In this document: piece by piece, positions 1 to 10,154 of the stretch | Position numbering within the stretch: the stretch's first letter is position 1 | Layout: the number at the start of each line of letters is the position of its first letter | NCBI GenBank assembly: GCA_021818905.1 | Contig: JAKASS010000004.1 | Location: forward strand, 25 to 64,024 | DNA length: 64,000 nt | Direction: 5' to 3' | Source: Nanobdellota archaeon | Lineage (GTDB): Archaea > Nanobdellota > Nanobdellia > Parvarchaeales > Parvarchaeaceae | Program-made: the position numbers and the translations under genes | The notes under the pieces: model-generated | The model's database searches: none | What the model saw: the letters and a program-made list of their open reading frames with translations, nothing else | Told to the model about the DNA's origin: nothing

Positions 1-76
1 GTGTTTGTCTATCCAATCACCATATTTTTCCTTTGCAACCAAAGCCACGATTGCAGATGCGTCCAAAACTATGTCT

Positions 77-310
77 TCAATGCCCATTTTCCCTGTCTTT
101 TCTTATTATTTCCGCTGCCGAGTTCGTAACGGGTTTTTTCAAAGAATGCGATGTTTTTCTGACGTTTTCCAAAGTACTTTCCAATCTTGCCCTATGTACA
201 ATGTCTTCCATATACACTTGTATCTCTTTTGCATAGTCTATTCCTAATGCGTCTAATCGCTTTTTCAAATCTTCAGTGATCCTAACTGAAATCACTTCGC
301 TCTTTTTCAT
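77..310 (-). CDS. Small ribbon-helix-helix (CopG/Arc-like) DNA-binding protein, putative
   Basis: 77-aa ORF. The N-terminal 'VISVRITEDLKKRLDAL' fits the beta-strand/helix pattern of RHH antitoxins. It lies divergently upstream of the AbiEi/AbiEii pair. Confidence 0.3.
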   Translation of the reverse strand: MKKSEVISVRITEDLKKRLDALGIDYAKEIQVYMEDIVHRARLESTLENVRKTSHSLKKPVTNSAAEIIRKDRENGH

Positions 311-571
311 ATCATACGAAAGCCGTCTATTTTTTTATAGTTTACTATATATACACAATTAAATCTTTTAAATCCAAAGATTTTTGGCCGCTAATAAAAT
401 AAAAAAACATGAGTTTATTGCAATAATTTTTCAATGAGATGCATAAGCGTAGGAATATTAATAAAAATTGATAAGATTATATAATAAATCAATATAAAAA
501 TATAGAAATATAAGAGATAAAAGTATTTATATGATAATAATCCTTTATTAATATGAAATTAAGTTGCATTA

Positions 572-1189
572 TTGTGCGATTTATACGAAAATTATATGAA
601 ACCAGCTGAAATAATAGAAATGTTTAAAGAAAATGGCAAAAGAACGTTCAATTTATCCGAATATGCCGCTATGGCGAATAAATCTGATAAATATTCGTCA
701 TTGATACTTTCAAAAAATAAAAACATAAAAAGAATAGAAGGCGGCAAATTTTACTTAAACGACACAAATATATATGAGATCGCAAGTAACATAGTCTACC
801 CTTCGTATATATCCTTGTTTTCGGCGCTGAGATATTATAACCTTACGACTCAGACATTCAATACGATATTCGTGCTATCTCCTAAAAGCCATAAAACCCT
901 TGAAGCGGAAGGATATAAGATAAAGTTCGTGAAGATGGATAAGACTAAGATCTTTGGCTACGCACGCAAGGGCGGCGCTTTTATAGCTTCGATAGAAAAA
1001 GCGACAGTGGACTGCATTTATTTTGATCTATCCGAAGAATACGTTAAAACTGCTTTGTCCGAAGCAGAAAACATGGATTACCGGAAGCTTTTTGCCTATG
1101 CTTACTTGATGAAAAGCGAGAAGCTACTGTCAAAGCTTGGCAGGCTTATCAAAGAATCCAGTGAGAACGTAGTGTCGAACGATCAGTAA
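572..1189 (+). CDS. AbiEi-like antitoxin / transcriptional regulator (type IV TA, COG5340-like)
   Basis: 205-aa ORF directly upstream of an AbiEii-like nucleotidyltransferase, with a 1-bp gap. It is clearly paralogous to ORF 60618-61292, which sits in the same arrangement (e.g. 'IASNIVYPSYISLFSALRYY' vs 'VASNVVHPSYISLVYALAYY'). Confidence 0.55.
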   Translation: MCDLYENYMKPAEIIEMFKENGKRTFNLSEYAAMANKSDKYSSLILSKNKNIKRIEGGKFYLNDTNIYEIASNIVYPSYISLFSALRYYNLTTQTFNTIFVLSPKSHKTLEAEGYKIKFVKMDKTKIFGYARKGGAFIASIEKATVDCIYFDLSEEYVKTALSEAENMDYRKLFAYAYLMKSEKLLSKLGRLIKESSENVVSNDQ

Positions 1190-1190
1190 T

Positions 1191-1946
1191 ATGATTAGCA
1201 GAAAAGAACTTTTAGAGCAGGGGGGCCTGAATAAATTCAATGTACAGCAGTCGGAAATAGATTATCTCCAGCACATAGTCCTTGCTTTCCTGTACAAAAA
1301 CCCGCAGAACGGATTGATATTCAAGGGCGGGACTGCCTTGCAAAAGGCTTACGGTTTGGGCAGGTTTTCAGAAGACCTCGACTTCGATGCGGAAGGCGAA
1401 AACGTCAATGCTTTCATAGAAAATGCCATAAAAGGCGTTAAAAACTATTACGATCTTGATTATAAATTTACGGAGAATGGACTTTCTTCTACTTTTAATC
1501 TGAAAATAAAAGGCCCGTTATTCGATGGAAATGACATTTCAAGGGAGACTATAAGGCTAGAATTAAGCAAGCGGGAAAAGCTTTTGCTAGAAGCCGAAAA
1601 GGTCTTTATCACACCTTCTTACAAGGATCTTAAGACATACGAATTAATCGTGATGAAAAAAGAGGAGATCCTTGCTGAAAAGATCAGGGCATTGGTTTAC
1701 GGAGATCGTGCAAGAGACGTATACGACCTGTGGTTTTTGCTGGGAAAAGGGACAAAGGTGGAGAGAGAGTTGATAAACAAAAAGCTTGGCCTTTATTCAA
1801 AAGGCAAAAATCTGGCGGATTTTGATTTAGCAAAAGAAATAGAGAAAGAACGTAAAAAATGGGGCACTGAAATAAGTTTATTGACAAAGACTCTGCCTCC
1901 TTTCGATGAAGCTAAGGAAACCATCTTAGCTGCGTTAACAAAGTGA
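1191..1946 (+). CDS. AbiEii/AbiGii-family nucleotidyltransferase toxin (DUF1814-like)
   Basis: 251 aa. Carries the 'IFKGGTALQKAYGLGRFSEDLDF' motif typical of AbiEii GTP-nucleotidyltransferases. Paralogous to ORF 59861-60574 ('IFKGGTALQKCYGLDRFSEDLDF'). Confidence 0.7.
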   Translation: MISRKELLEQGGLNKFNVQQSEIDYLQHIVLAFLYKNPQNGLIFKGGTALQKAYGLGRFSEDLDFDAEGENVNAFIENAIKGVKNYYDLDYKFTENGLSSTFNLKIKGPLFDGNDISRETIRLELSKREKLLLEAEKVFITPSYKDLKTYELIVMKKEEILAEKIRALVYGDRARDVYDLWFLLGKGTKVERELINKKLGLYSKGKNLADFDLAKEIEKERKKWGTEISLLTKTLPPFDEAKETILAALTK

Positions 1947-2095
1947 GCGGGAAATCCCGCATGCTTTAGTGGCGGGATGGGGGCGAATAAAAGGATGGAA
2001 GCTGATCTCTTGTCGGTCACTGCATGCAGAAAGCTTTAAATACTATGTATATTCTATAAACTACTTAGTAGTAGATTAATTAAGGAGGTTTTAAA

Positions 2096-2410
2096 ATGGT
2101 AACGAAACGAAAGGTTTTAACGGAATTGCTAAAAGACGCGGGAAGCGGACTTAAATGCGCGGCGAAAGGATGGGCTACTTATTCTAAATATCCGGTGCTG
2201 TGGAGCGCCGGTGAGGCCACCGTGGCAGGATTTGTTGAAGGGGCTATTTACAGTGCGGCAGGGCTGACGGCGGGATTACTTGCGCTGAATTCGCCTTACA
2301 CAGATCTAACACTTTTAGGAATACCGATAACGATGGTCGGACGCGGCTTACATTACAAATACAGCGAGAAAAAAGCTGAATTAACCGCGCGAGAAGAATT
2401 AGATGCGTAA
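2096..2410 (+). CDS. Hypothetical small membrane protein
   Basis: 104-aa ORF preceded by a strong Shine-Dalgarno-like 'taaggagg' 8 nt upstream of the ATG. Gly/Ala-rich hydrophobic core. Confidence 0.4.
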   Translation: MVTKRKVLTELLKDAGSGLKCAAKGWATYSKYPVLWSAGEATVAGFVEGAIYSAAGLTAGLLALNSPYTDLTLLGIPITMVGRGLHYKYSEKKAELTAREELDA

Positions 2411-2500
2411 GAGCGATAAAAATATGGACGAAGACTTGGAAAGGAGTTTGCTATCAAAATGAGAGATTCGACACGCGAGTCTATCCTTCAGAATCACCAC

Positions 2501-5317
2501 TTATACCACAAGTTTTTTGATTACGTAATTTAGTATCCCGCCAGAGCGATAATATTCTAGCTCGATTTGGGAGTCTATACGGCTAGCTAATGTCGCGCTT
2601 GTGATCTGTCCATTGTCTGACCTTGTAAAGGTCAGCTCTATTTTGTCTCTCGGGCTCATCTCGTTCCTTAGATTGATCGATACGGGCTTGCCGAAGTCTA
2701 TCTTAAGAGACGCCGCGTCTTCGCCTTCTTTGAATTGTAATGGCATGACACCCATACCGATAAGGTTCGATCTGTGTATTCTCTCAAAGGTCTTTACGAT
2801 CACCGCTTTCACCCCTAAAAGTGCGGGGCCTTTTGCGGCCCAATCCCGGCTGCTTCCTTGTCCAAAATCTTTCCCGCCGAACACTACCAAAGGGATTTTT
2901 TCTTCCTTATATTGCGTGGCTGCATCGAATATGCTCACCTGCTTTTTGTCGGGATAATGCAAAGTAAATCCACCTTCTACACCCGGGACCATAAGATTCT
3001 TTATCAGGTTATTTGCAAACGTGCCGCGCATCATCACCTCATGGTTTCCCCTTCTTGAACCGTAAGTATTGAAGTCTTCAGTCTTCACGCCTAAAGAAGA
3101 AAGGTATTTACCCGCGGGGGTATTAGGGCTAAAACCTCCAGCCGGTGAGATATGGTCAGTAGATATTCCGTCGCCGAAAGCCGCTAAAACCCGCGCATTT
3201 TCGATTTTGGATATTTTTCTATCTTCTCCTGGGTCAAAGCCGTCAAAGAATGGGGGCAGTCTTATATATGTGCTCTTGTCTTCCCATCCATACACTTTCC
3301 CTTTAGGGATAAAAAGACCGTTCCAGTACGGATTGACTTCGAATATGTGACTTCCGTATTCTTTTTCGAACAATTCTTCTCCGACGACCTTCTTTACTAT
3401 CTGATTTATCTCATCTTTTGTTGGCCAGATGTCTTTTAGATAGACATCGTCGCCTTTGTCGTTTTTTGCCAATGGTTCAGTCGTAAGGTCTTTTAGGACC
3501 GTCCCCGCTATCCCAAACGCAACCAGTAGGGGCGGAGACATCAAATAATTTGCTCTGGTGTCCGGGTTTATCCTGGCTTCATAGTTACGATTTCCCGATA
3601 GCACACTGGCGACCGCTAGTTTGTTTTGATTTATGATACTACTCTGGGGTTCTATCAGTTGTCCTGAATTTCCTATGCAGCTTATACAGCCATAAGCGAC
3701 CAAAGAATATCCTAATTTTGCCAATGGTTCTATAAGGCCTGCTTTCTCCAGGTATCTCGTCACGACTCTAGAACCGGGCCCGAGGCTGGTTTTCACTTTT
3801 CTTGTGTCTACCTTCAGGCCTTTCTCCAAAGCTTTTTTAGCGAGCAGCCCCGCGGCGATCATTACGGCGGGATTGCTGGTATTAGTGCAGCTAGTTATAG
3901 ATGATATAACGACGTCTCCGTCGGACAGTGTAGTTTCATATCCGTCCGGATAGGTCAACTTGACGCTCTTGACTTTTTCATGATCTGTTGTGGCTCTTTG
4001 AACGCCCGCTTTTGCGACAGCACTTTCAGAAGCTAACCTCGCCAGATCCGCGGCCGTGACGCCATTTGTAAGTTTTTGTGCGGACAGGAACGTGTCTTTA
4101 AAATTATTAGGCAAAGCGCCCAGTGGCAACTGTTGCTTTGGCTGGCTTGGCCCAGATACACTGGGCACGATTTTTCCTAGATCTACCTCGAGTATATCGC
4201 TGTATTCTACTTTATTGTAGTCTATATCGAACATTTCCTGGGCTTCATAATATTTTCTTATCAATTCTAACTGTATATCTTTTCTCCCCGTAAGCTTCAT
4301 GTAAGTCAAAGTCTCTTCGTCCGGAGGAAATACCGCTATCGTCGCGCCATATTCTGGACACATATTAGAAAGCGTCGCTCTGTCTGGCAGCGAAAGACCC
4401 TTTAAGCCATCGCCCAAAAATTCGACAAACATCCCAACGACCCCCTTCTCCCTAAGCATTTTTGTCAGTGTAAGAGCAAAGTCCGTTGCAGTCGTCCCTT
4501 CCTTTAACTTTCCAGTCAAATTTACACCGAGGACTTTGGGGGTCACAAATGAGACTGGTTGATCTAGTAACGCAGCTTCGGCTTCTATCCCCCCGACACC
4601 AAAGCCGACGATGCCCAGAGCGTCTATCATAGTCGTATGGGAGTCTGTCCCGACAAGCGTGTCTGGAAAAGCGATTGTTCCGTCTTTGGTCTTCTTTAAT
4701 GTGACACACGTGCCAAGATATTCTAAGTCGACTTGGTGGCAGATCCCGGCGGATGGGGGGAATACCCTCAGGCCGCTGAAAGCCCCATTGGCCCATTTCA
4801 ATAACTGGTATCTTTCCTTGTTACGCTCCACCTCTTTCTCCTGGTTCTTTGCAAATGCATCGGGCCGATTAAAGAAGTCTACCTGCACAGAATGGTCGAT
4901 TATAAGATCAGTGGGCATTATTGGTTGTACCAAGTCCGCCGACTTTCCAAGTTTAACGACGTAATCTCGCATTGCGGCTAGGTCTACAATGGCCGGTACG
5001 CCGGTGAAGTCCTGCATCAATATTCTGGAGACCTTAAATGGTATGTCCCTATCCGCTGGATCTTTTGGGTCCCAATTTGCTAAGGCTTTGACATCCTCCC
5101 CGGTCACAGCTTTGCCGTCTAAATTTCTAAGTAAAGATTCTAGTACGACTCTTATCGAGAACGGGAGGCGTGCAAAGTCCAACCTTAGATCCCTGCCTAA
5201 AGCAGGCAGCGAGTAATAAGTTATTTCTTGAGAATCGGATAGTCTAAAGGTCGCGGTGACTCCCGAAAGTTTACTGCTCAAGCCGGCAGATTCCGATCGT
5301 ATAGTTTTCGATGCCAC
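2501..5317 (-). CDS. acnA: Aconitate hydratase A (aconitase, AcnA/IRP-type)
   Basis: 938 aa. Shows the 4Fe-4S ligand region 'CISCIGNSG', 'LSGNRNYEARI' and 'TSCTNTSNP', and has the domain architecture and length of AcnA. Confidence 0.9.
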   Translation of the reverse strand: MASKTIRSESAGLSSKLSGVTATFRLSDSQEITYYSLPALGRDLRLDFARLPFSIRVVLESLLRNLDGKAVTGEDVKALANWDPKDPADRDIPFKVSRILMQDFTGVPAIVDLAAMRDYVVKLGKSADLVQPIMPTDLIIDHSVQVDFFNRPDAFAKNQEKEVERNKERYQLLKWANGAFSGLRVFPPSAGICHQVDLEYLGTCVTLKKTKDGTIAFPDTLVGTDSHTTMIDALGIVGFGVGGIEAEAALLDQPVSFVTPKVLGVNLTGKLKEGTTATDFALTLTKMLREKGVVGMFVEFLGDGLKGLSLPDRATLSNMCPEYGATIAVFPPDEETLTYMKLTGRKDIQLELIRKYYEAQEMFDIDYNKVEYSDILEVDLGKIVPSVSGPSQPKQQLPLGALPNNFKDTFLSAQKLTNGVTAADLARLASESAVAKAGVQRATTDHEKVKSVKLTYPDGYETTLSDGDVVISSITSCTNTSNPAVMIAAGLLAKKALEKGLKVDTRKVKTSLGPGSRVVTRYLEKAGLIEPLAKLGYSLVAYGCISCIGNSGQLIEPQSSIINQNKLAVASVLSGNRNYEARINPDTRANYLMSPPLLVAFGIAGTVLKDLTTEPLAKNDKGDDVYLKDIWPTKDEINQIVKKVVGEELFEKEYGSHIFEVNPYWNGLFIPKGKVYGWEDKSTYIRLPPFFDGFDPGEDRKISKIENARVLAAFGDGISTDHISPAGGFSPNTPAGKYLSSLGVKTEDFNTYGSRRGNHEVMMRGTFANNLIKNLMVPGVEGGFTLHYPDKKQVSIFDAATQYKEEKIPLVVFGGKDFGQGSSRDWAAKGPALLGVKAVIVKTFERIHRSNLIGMGVMPLQFKEGEDAASLKIDFGKPVSINLRNEMSPRDKIELTFTRSDNGQITSATLASRIDSQIELEYYRSGGILNYVIKKLVV

Positions 5318-5356
5318 TACAATGATTGATTTTCTTAAATTTAAACGATTATTTGA

Positions 5357-5905
5357 CTATAGGTATGGGCCTAGCTTTTTGGCACTTTCTTGCACACTCA
5401 GTCTCTTAATTTCGTCCGCATGCTCTGGTTCATTTCTTCTCGCTTCCCTTTTATTGTTACGTTCTTCTAATTCTTTCTGGCGGGTATAATAAGAACTTAA
5501 GATTTGTTTATAGTTTCTGCTAGCAAGGCGGTGAAGTCGCTCTTCCCATGGCCCCTCGACAAAAGGTTCTATTTCGATTTTCGCCGCGTATGGGCCCGTT
5601 TCTGTTAAATCTGATGCTTTATCTACAGGTTCGGTTGAACGCAAATGGAATAATAAATTTCCTCCTTCATAAACATAGAAATCATCTCCATAAATACAGT
5701 ATTCGCCGCTTGCGTGCACAAAACGGAAGTTCTTATAGCTGGCTTCCCAAGTTATCTCCGTTCTATAACTGTGCTCTACGCGGTGTGTAATCGCGCCGTG
5801 CTTTATAGCAGCGTACTCTATAAGTTGCAAAATCCCAAAAAGTCTTTCTGCTCTATTCTTTACTTTTTTCTCAGCTAATACAACGTCATCTAGTCTTCTA
5901 GCCAT
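5357..5905 (-). CDS. Hypothetical protein
   Basis: 182-aa ORF with a charged C-terminal tail. No motif recognised. Confidence 0.35.
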   Translation of the reverse strand: MARRLDDVVLAEKKVKNRAERLFGILQLIEYAAIKHGAITHRVEHSYRTEITWEASYKNFRFVHASGEYCIYGDDFYVYEGGNLLFHLRSTEPVDKASDLTETGPYAAKIEIEPFVEGPWEERLHRLASRNYKQILSSYYTRQKELEERNNKREARRNEPEHADEIKRLSVQESAKKLGPYL

Positions 5906-5967
5906 AACACCACTCAGTTTATGATAGTCAATGCTAATATTTATATATCCTAAGAATCTTATTTAGA

Positions 5968-6735
5968 CTAAGAATATTTACGTAAAAGATCATTTTCTAC
6001 GATCTTTGCAAGTTTAGGATTATTCTTGCGAACGAAATCCATATAGCTTACACAAAGCTCTTTGCTGGCTGGGCTTAGTTCACCCGTATCGCTGTCAACG
6101 CCTTCGGGAACCCACATTAAGTAGGCTTTTTCAAGATGCGACTTTGGGTCTTTCCTTATCTGTGGGCCAATAAGCCCCTTTACCGTATCCCATATCCAAT
6201 ACTTGCCATTTACTTTTTCGCAGAACCTTAAAACTGCCGGTAATGGAAAACCGCTTGCAATGCCGAACTCGTCGGTGTTTTTTGCGTATAAGTGGTCTCT
6301 ATTGTCATATTTGTCGGTGCTTACGCTGAATTCGATGCTAACATAGTATTTCTTTTGTCCCATGTTGAATTTGCTTCTTATGTCCACCCCTGAAAGATCG
6401 GCACAAAGACCCAATTGCTTTGTAAGTATATCCTTGATCCGTTTTCTTTCTCTTTGAGCCGCGGCATGGCCGTCGTTAAATCTTACCGGTGAATCGCTGA
6501 CACCCTCTAGGTGGAAATTGATATAACCGGCAGGCACTAATCCGTTCGAGATTAGGTATAGATTTAGGTGACTGTGAAGATCAAGGCCATAATCTTTAGC
6601 CGAGTCGTTTACTATCTCTTCTAGGCTAAGTGACTTGATCGCCTTACGTCCCATAATTCTATTATAAAGAAGCCGGATAATATATAAAACTATGATATTC
6701 GTTATTTGCTCTCTGTTTTTAAGGCCATAAGACAA
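5968..6735 (-). CDS. Hypothetical protein
   Basis: 255-aa ORF with no recognisable motif. It sits between aconitase and fumarase. Confidence 0.4.
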   Translation of the reverse strand: MSYGLKNREQITNIIVLYIIRLLYNRIMGRKAIKSLSLEEIVNDSAKDYGLDLHSHLNLYLISNGLVPAGYINFHLEGVSDSPVRFNDGHAAAQRERKRIKDILTKQLGLCADLSGVDIRSKFNMGQKKYYVSIEFSVSTDKYDNRDHLYAKNTDEFGIASGFPLPAVLRFCEKVNGKYWIWDTVKGLIGPQIRKDPKSHLEKAYLMWVPEGVDSDTGELSPASKELCVSYMDFVRKNNPKLAKIVENDLLRKYS

Positions 6736-6886
6736 TCCTTGAACGTCGCCTTCATTTCCACCTTTTAGGTTTTTTGATCTTTACTAGAAAAGTTTCTGCC
6801 TATGATTTTTGACGCGGCATAAATTTCATGTTCTTTTATATATCTAATTTTTATCATGCGGATTTTATTTTCTAAAACCTAGATCT

Positions 6887-8305
6887 TTATTTTTTCTTTT
6901 TAGGAGTATCCGGCGAAGTAAGCTTGAAAGGGTCGAATATCTCGTCTAGCTGCTTATCCGGAAGGACTTTCATCTCTTTAGCCACGTCTTTTATGGATCT
7001 ATTCTCCTTCAGGGCCCGCTTCACGACTTCTGCAGCCTTTTCGTATCCGATGTATGGATTTAATGCGAGTCCGACGCCCGGGGTCTTGCTTACCAGCTTT
7101 TCTATCCTTTCTTTGTGGGCCACGATGCCGGTGACGGCCTTGTCTACAAAAAGCCTGATTGTCTTGTCGAGTATGTTTATGTTGTGGGTCATGCAGTAGA
7201 TTATAAGCGGCATCATTATGTTCAATTCTAGCTGCCCGGCCTGTGCGCACATCATTATGGCTTCGTCGTTCCCGATCACCTGAAAGCACACCATCACCAA
7301 AGCTTCTGCCATGCTGGGATTCACTTTGTCCGGCATTATTGATGAACCCGGTTGGACTGGTGGCAGGGATATCTCGCCAAGCCCGGTCACCGGACCAGAA
7401 TTAAGCAGGCGCATATCGTTTGTTATTTTTATCAGATCTACTGCGAGTAGCCTTAAAACGGAAGAAGTCTCCAGAAAATCGGCCATAGAAGACGTGCCTT
7501 CTGGTAAAAATTCCGTCTGCCGTAGATCAAAGCCGGTAGCCAATCTTAAAGAGTCTACCATATATTTTCGATACTCCGGGTTAGCGTTTAGCCCCGTGCC
7601 TACTGCCGTCGCGCCTATGTTTATCTCCCCAAGATTTTCTATGGCATTGTCGATTCTTCCCTCGTTTCTTCCGACCATCCTGGCCCACGTTTCGAACTCC
7701 TGCCCCAATCTTATCGGGGCGGCATCCATAAGGTGCGTCCTTCCGCTTTTGATTATCTTGTCAAACTCTCGCGCCTTGTCCATGAGCGCATCTTTAAGAT
7801 AGGTAACGGTTTCCTTTAGCCTCATCAATAGGGTTATGGTAGTTATTCTCATCGTAGTAGGTATGACATCGTTCGTGGACTGGCTTTTATTCACGTCGTC
7901 ATTTGGATGTATAAGAGAATATTCGCCCCTCTTCCCGCCTAGAAGTTCTATTGCCCTGTTAGCGATGACCTCGTTTGCGTTCATGTTGTTGGATGTCCCT
8001 GCGCCGGCCTGGTAGACGTCTACCACGAACTGGTCCCTTAGTTTTCCGCTTATTATCTCGTCCGCGGCTTTCATTATGGCCTTCGCCTTTTTTGCGCCTA
8101 AAAGACCGGATCTCATGTTCGCTTCGGCGGCGGCTCTTTTTACGATCACTAGGGAAGTTATAAATTCTGGATAAGGCCTTATACCGGATATCGGGAAATT
8201 GTCGACCGCCCGCTGAGTCTGCACGCCCCAGTATGCATCTTTAGGTACTTCGACTTTTCCAAGATAATCGTGCTCAGTCCTAAATCCCATATTAAGATTA
8301 CACAA
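6887..8305 (-). CDS. fumC: Fumarate hydratase class II (fumarase C; aspartase/fumarase superfamily)
   Basis: 472 aa. Carries the superfamily signature 'GSSIMPDKVNPSMAEA' (GSSxMPxKxN) and sits among TCA genes. Aspartate ammonia-lyase cannot be excluded from sequence alone. Confidence 0.75.
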   Translation of the reverse strand: MCNLNMGFRTEHDYLGKVEVPKDAYWGVQTQRAVDNFPISGIRPYPEFITSLVIVKRAAAEANMRSGLLGAKKAKAIMKAADEIISGKLRDQFVVDVYQAGAGTSNNMNANEVIANRAIELLGGKRGEYSLIHPNDDVNKSQSTNDVIPTTMRITTITLLMRLKETVTYLKDALMDKAREFDKIIKSGRTHLMDAAPIRLGQEFETWARMVGRNEGRIDNAIENLGEINIGATAVGTGLNANPEYRKYMVDSLRLATGFDLRQTEFLPEGTSSMADFLETSSVLRLLAVDLIKITNDMRLLNSGPVTGLGEISLPPVQPGSSIMPDKVNPSMAEALVMVCFQVIGNDEAIMMCAQAGQLELNIMMPLIIYCMTHNINILDKTIRLFVDKAVTGIVAHKERIEKLVSKTPGVGLALNPYIGYEKAAEVVKRALKENRSIKDVAKEMKVLPDKQLDEIFDPFKLTSPDTPKKKK

Positions 8306-8350
8306 ACAAAGTAAATAAAAGCTATCATCCGCCCTTTATTTGGATCTTGT

Positions 8351-8845
8351 TTATAATGTCCTTATCCTTTCTACCAAGCCAAAATCCATCAGGTCCTTGC
8401 TTACGGTTTCCGGGACAAGGTGTCTCCAGCTTTTGCCATTCTTTATCTTTTCCCTGATTTTTGTGCCCGACAATTCGCTTCTTTTTACTAAGCCGGGCGT
8501 TTTTACCTTGAATCCGTTCCTGACAAGGATCTTTTTCGTCAGCGGGTTATTTGTATAGACCGAATCGAATTGAGGTAGAAGCTGCTGCAATTTAAAAGCC
8601 CACAGGTTATCGTTTCCGACGTCCTCGACAGGCACGATATAAAACTCCCTCACCTTTAGATCCCACAGGACATGCGTTATGATCACTAGCCTTTCGCCCG
8701 CGGTTAGCGGGTTCTTGTCTGTATTGGAGAATTGTGCGCTCCCTACCGCGATCACGATCGAATCGTTCGTTTTTATCATCTCCTTGAGGACAGCCAAATG
8801 CCCGTTATGGAATGGCTGGAATCTTCCTATGAATAGACCTCTCAT
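8351..8845 (-). CDS. nadM: Nicotinamide-nucleotide adenylyltransferase (archaeal NMNAT)
   Basis: 164 aa. 'GRFQPFHNGHLAVLKEM' is the (H/T)xGH nucleotidyltransferase motif of archaeal NMNAT. Confidence 0.8.
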   Translation of the reverse strand: MRGLFIGRFQPFHNGHLAVLKEMIKTNDSIVIAVGSAQFSNTDKNPLTAGERLVIITHVLWDLKVREFYIVPVEDVGNDNLWAFKLQQLLPQFDSVYTNNPLTKKILVRNGFKVKTPGLVKRSELSGTKIREKIKNGKSWRHLVPETVSKDLMDFGLVERIRTL

Positions 8846-8891
8846 AAAATATTATATATAACCTAGTACATAAACTTTACCGGGACACAGT

Positions 8892-10154
8892 CTATTGTCC
8901 CTTAGATACCCTTACTTTAGCAAGCGGCTTCGGCATGCTAATTTCCGTCCCATGGCTACGTGCAAAAAGGTATGCGCCGAGTGTGGTGACTATATTTGTA
9001 AAGATTATCACGTATGTGACCAACTGTACGTAAGAACCGGCATGCGGTATCCCATAGCTTAGCGAAAGTATGGCTAGTGTCGCCGGAGTTACTCCAAGGG
9101 CGCATATAAGAGTTATGATTTTCCTATCCTTGCTAAGTGTGGATCTGAATGTGGATATTCTGCTGGCCAAGGTCCTTGTCGATACAAGTATAAGTGTAAT
9201 AGCGCCCCCGGCAAGAATGCCTAGGACGATGCTGTTCAACGCTATACTAAAAATCAACCCTAGAAATACAAAGAAAACCGTCTCTAAAAGAAAGCTCATC
9301 TCGTCTTGGAAATCTGCAAGTCTTGTCCCTAGCCAATCTATGTTTATGCCCTTTTTTATTAACTCGCCAACAAAAGAATTGTTGCCTAAGATGACGCCAA
9401 AAACTAGTACAGAAAGAAGACCGCTGCCCCCCGCCAGCGTGGTAATGACGTATGTAAGAAGGACGAGTCCGACTGTCAGTACGTAGGTGTATTTATATTT
9501 TTTGACATAATCCAAGGTGAAGAGCCAAAGAAGCGCAAGCACAAGTCCTATAACTATCCCTATAGAAAATGAAGATATCAATGAAGATGCAGCAGAGAGC
9601 AGACTTAAAGCCCCGGTTTGGTATAACCCGACAAAAGTAACGAACAGTATCACCGTGAATATAACCGTAAGCGCAGATTCTAAAGTCAAAAATGCGATTG
9701 TCTGTTCTGGAAGCTTTAAGCCCCTAGAAACTGGAACGACCACCGCTGGAGTCAGCTCTCCTCCAAGTATCGCTCCGAATATAAGCGATTGTATCCAACC
9801 CCATCCGAGTATGTAGTTTGCAAAAATCGCTATAAGGATCGTGCTGCTAAACACGTATATAATGACTTGGACTATTATTCGATTGCCTATCTGCAACAGA
9901 GTCTTGATTTTTATGTCCATGCCGCCATAAAAAAGGACCATTATAAGCGTAAGCTCAGCTATCGTACTAAGGGCCGGAAGTATTAGACTTTGTGAGATCA
10001 GACCGAGTATAGGCCCAATGACGACGCCGAGCAGGATAAGGGAAAGGACAGAAGGGACCCCCGTTCTTTTAAAAAATACGTCAGCAACAAATCCTATCAG
10101 TATAACGCCCGCAGCGACTGCAAATATCGTGCTCGGGTCTATGCTCATACCCAC
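8892..10154 (-). CDS. Cation:proton antiporter (CPA1/NhaP-type Na+/H+ exchanger)
   Basis: 420 aa, polytopic, 10-12 predicted TM helices. Paralogous to the adjacent ORF. Confidence 0.65.
   Translation of the reverse strand: MGMSIDPSTIFAVAAGVILIGFVADVFFKRTGVPSVLSLILLGVVIGPILGLISQSLILPALSTIAELTLIMVLFYGGMDIKIKTLLQIGNRIIVQVIIYVFSSTILIAIFANYILGWGWIQSLIFGAILGGELTPAVVVPVSRGLKLPEQTIAFLTLESALTVIFTVILFVTFVGLYQTGALSLLSAASSLISSFSIGIVIGLVLALLWLFTLDYVKKYKYTYVLTVGLVLLTYVITTLAGGSGLLSVLVFGVILGNNSFVGELIKKGINIDWLGTRLADFQDEMSFLLETVFFVFLGLIFSIALNSIVLGILAGGAITLILVSTRTLASRISTFRSTLSKDRKIITLICALGVTPATLAILSLSYGIPHAGSYVQLVTYVIIFTNIVTTLGAYLFARSHGTEISMPKPLAKVRVSKGQ

Noticed and set aside
2601-5216. Multiple 60-120-aa plus-strand ORFs inside the aconitase gene (2601-2957, 2858-3058, 3069-3350, 4611-4964, 4989-5216)
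   Set aside because: All are antisense to a 938-aa gene with unambiguous aconitase motifs. They are chance ORFs.
6887-8305. Alternative call as aspartate ammonia-lyase (AspA)
   Set aside because: Fumarase C and aspartase share the GSSxMPxKxN signature and cannot be separated by eye. Fumarase was preferred because of the TCA-gene context, and the ambiguity is stated in the feature.
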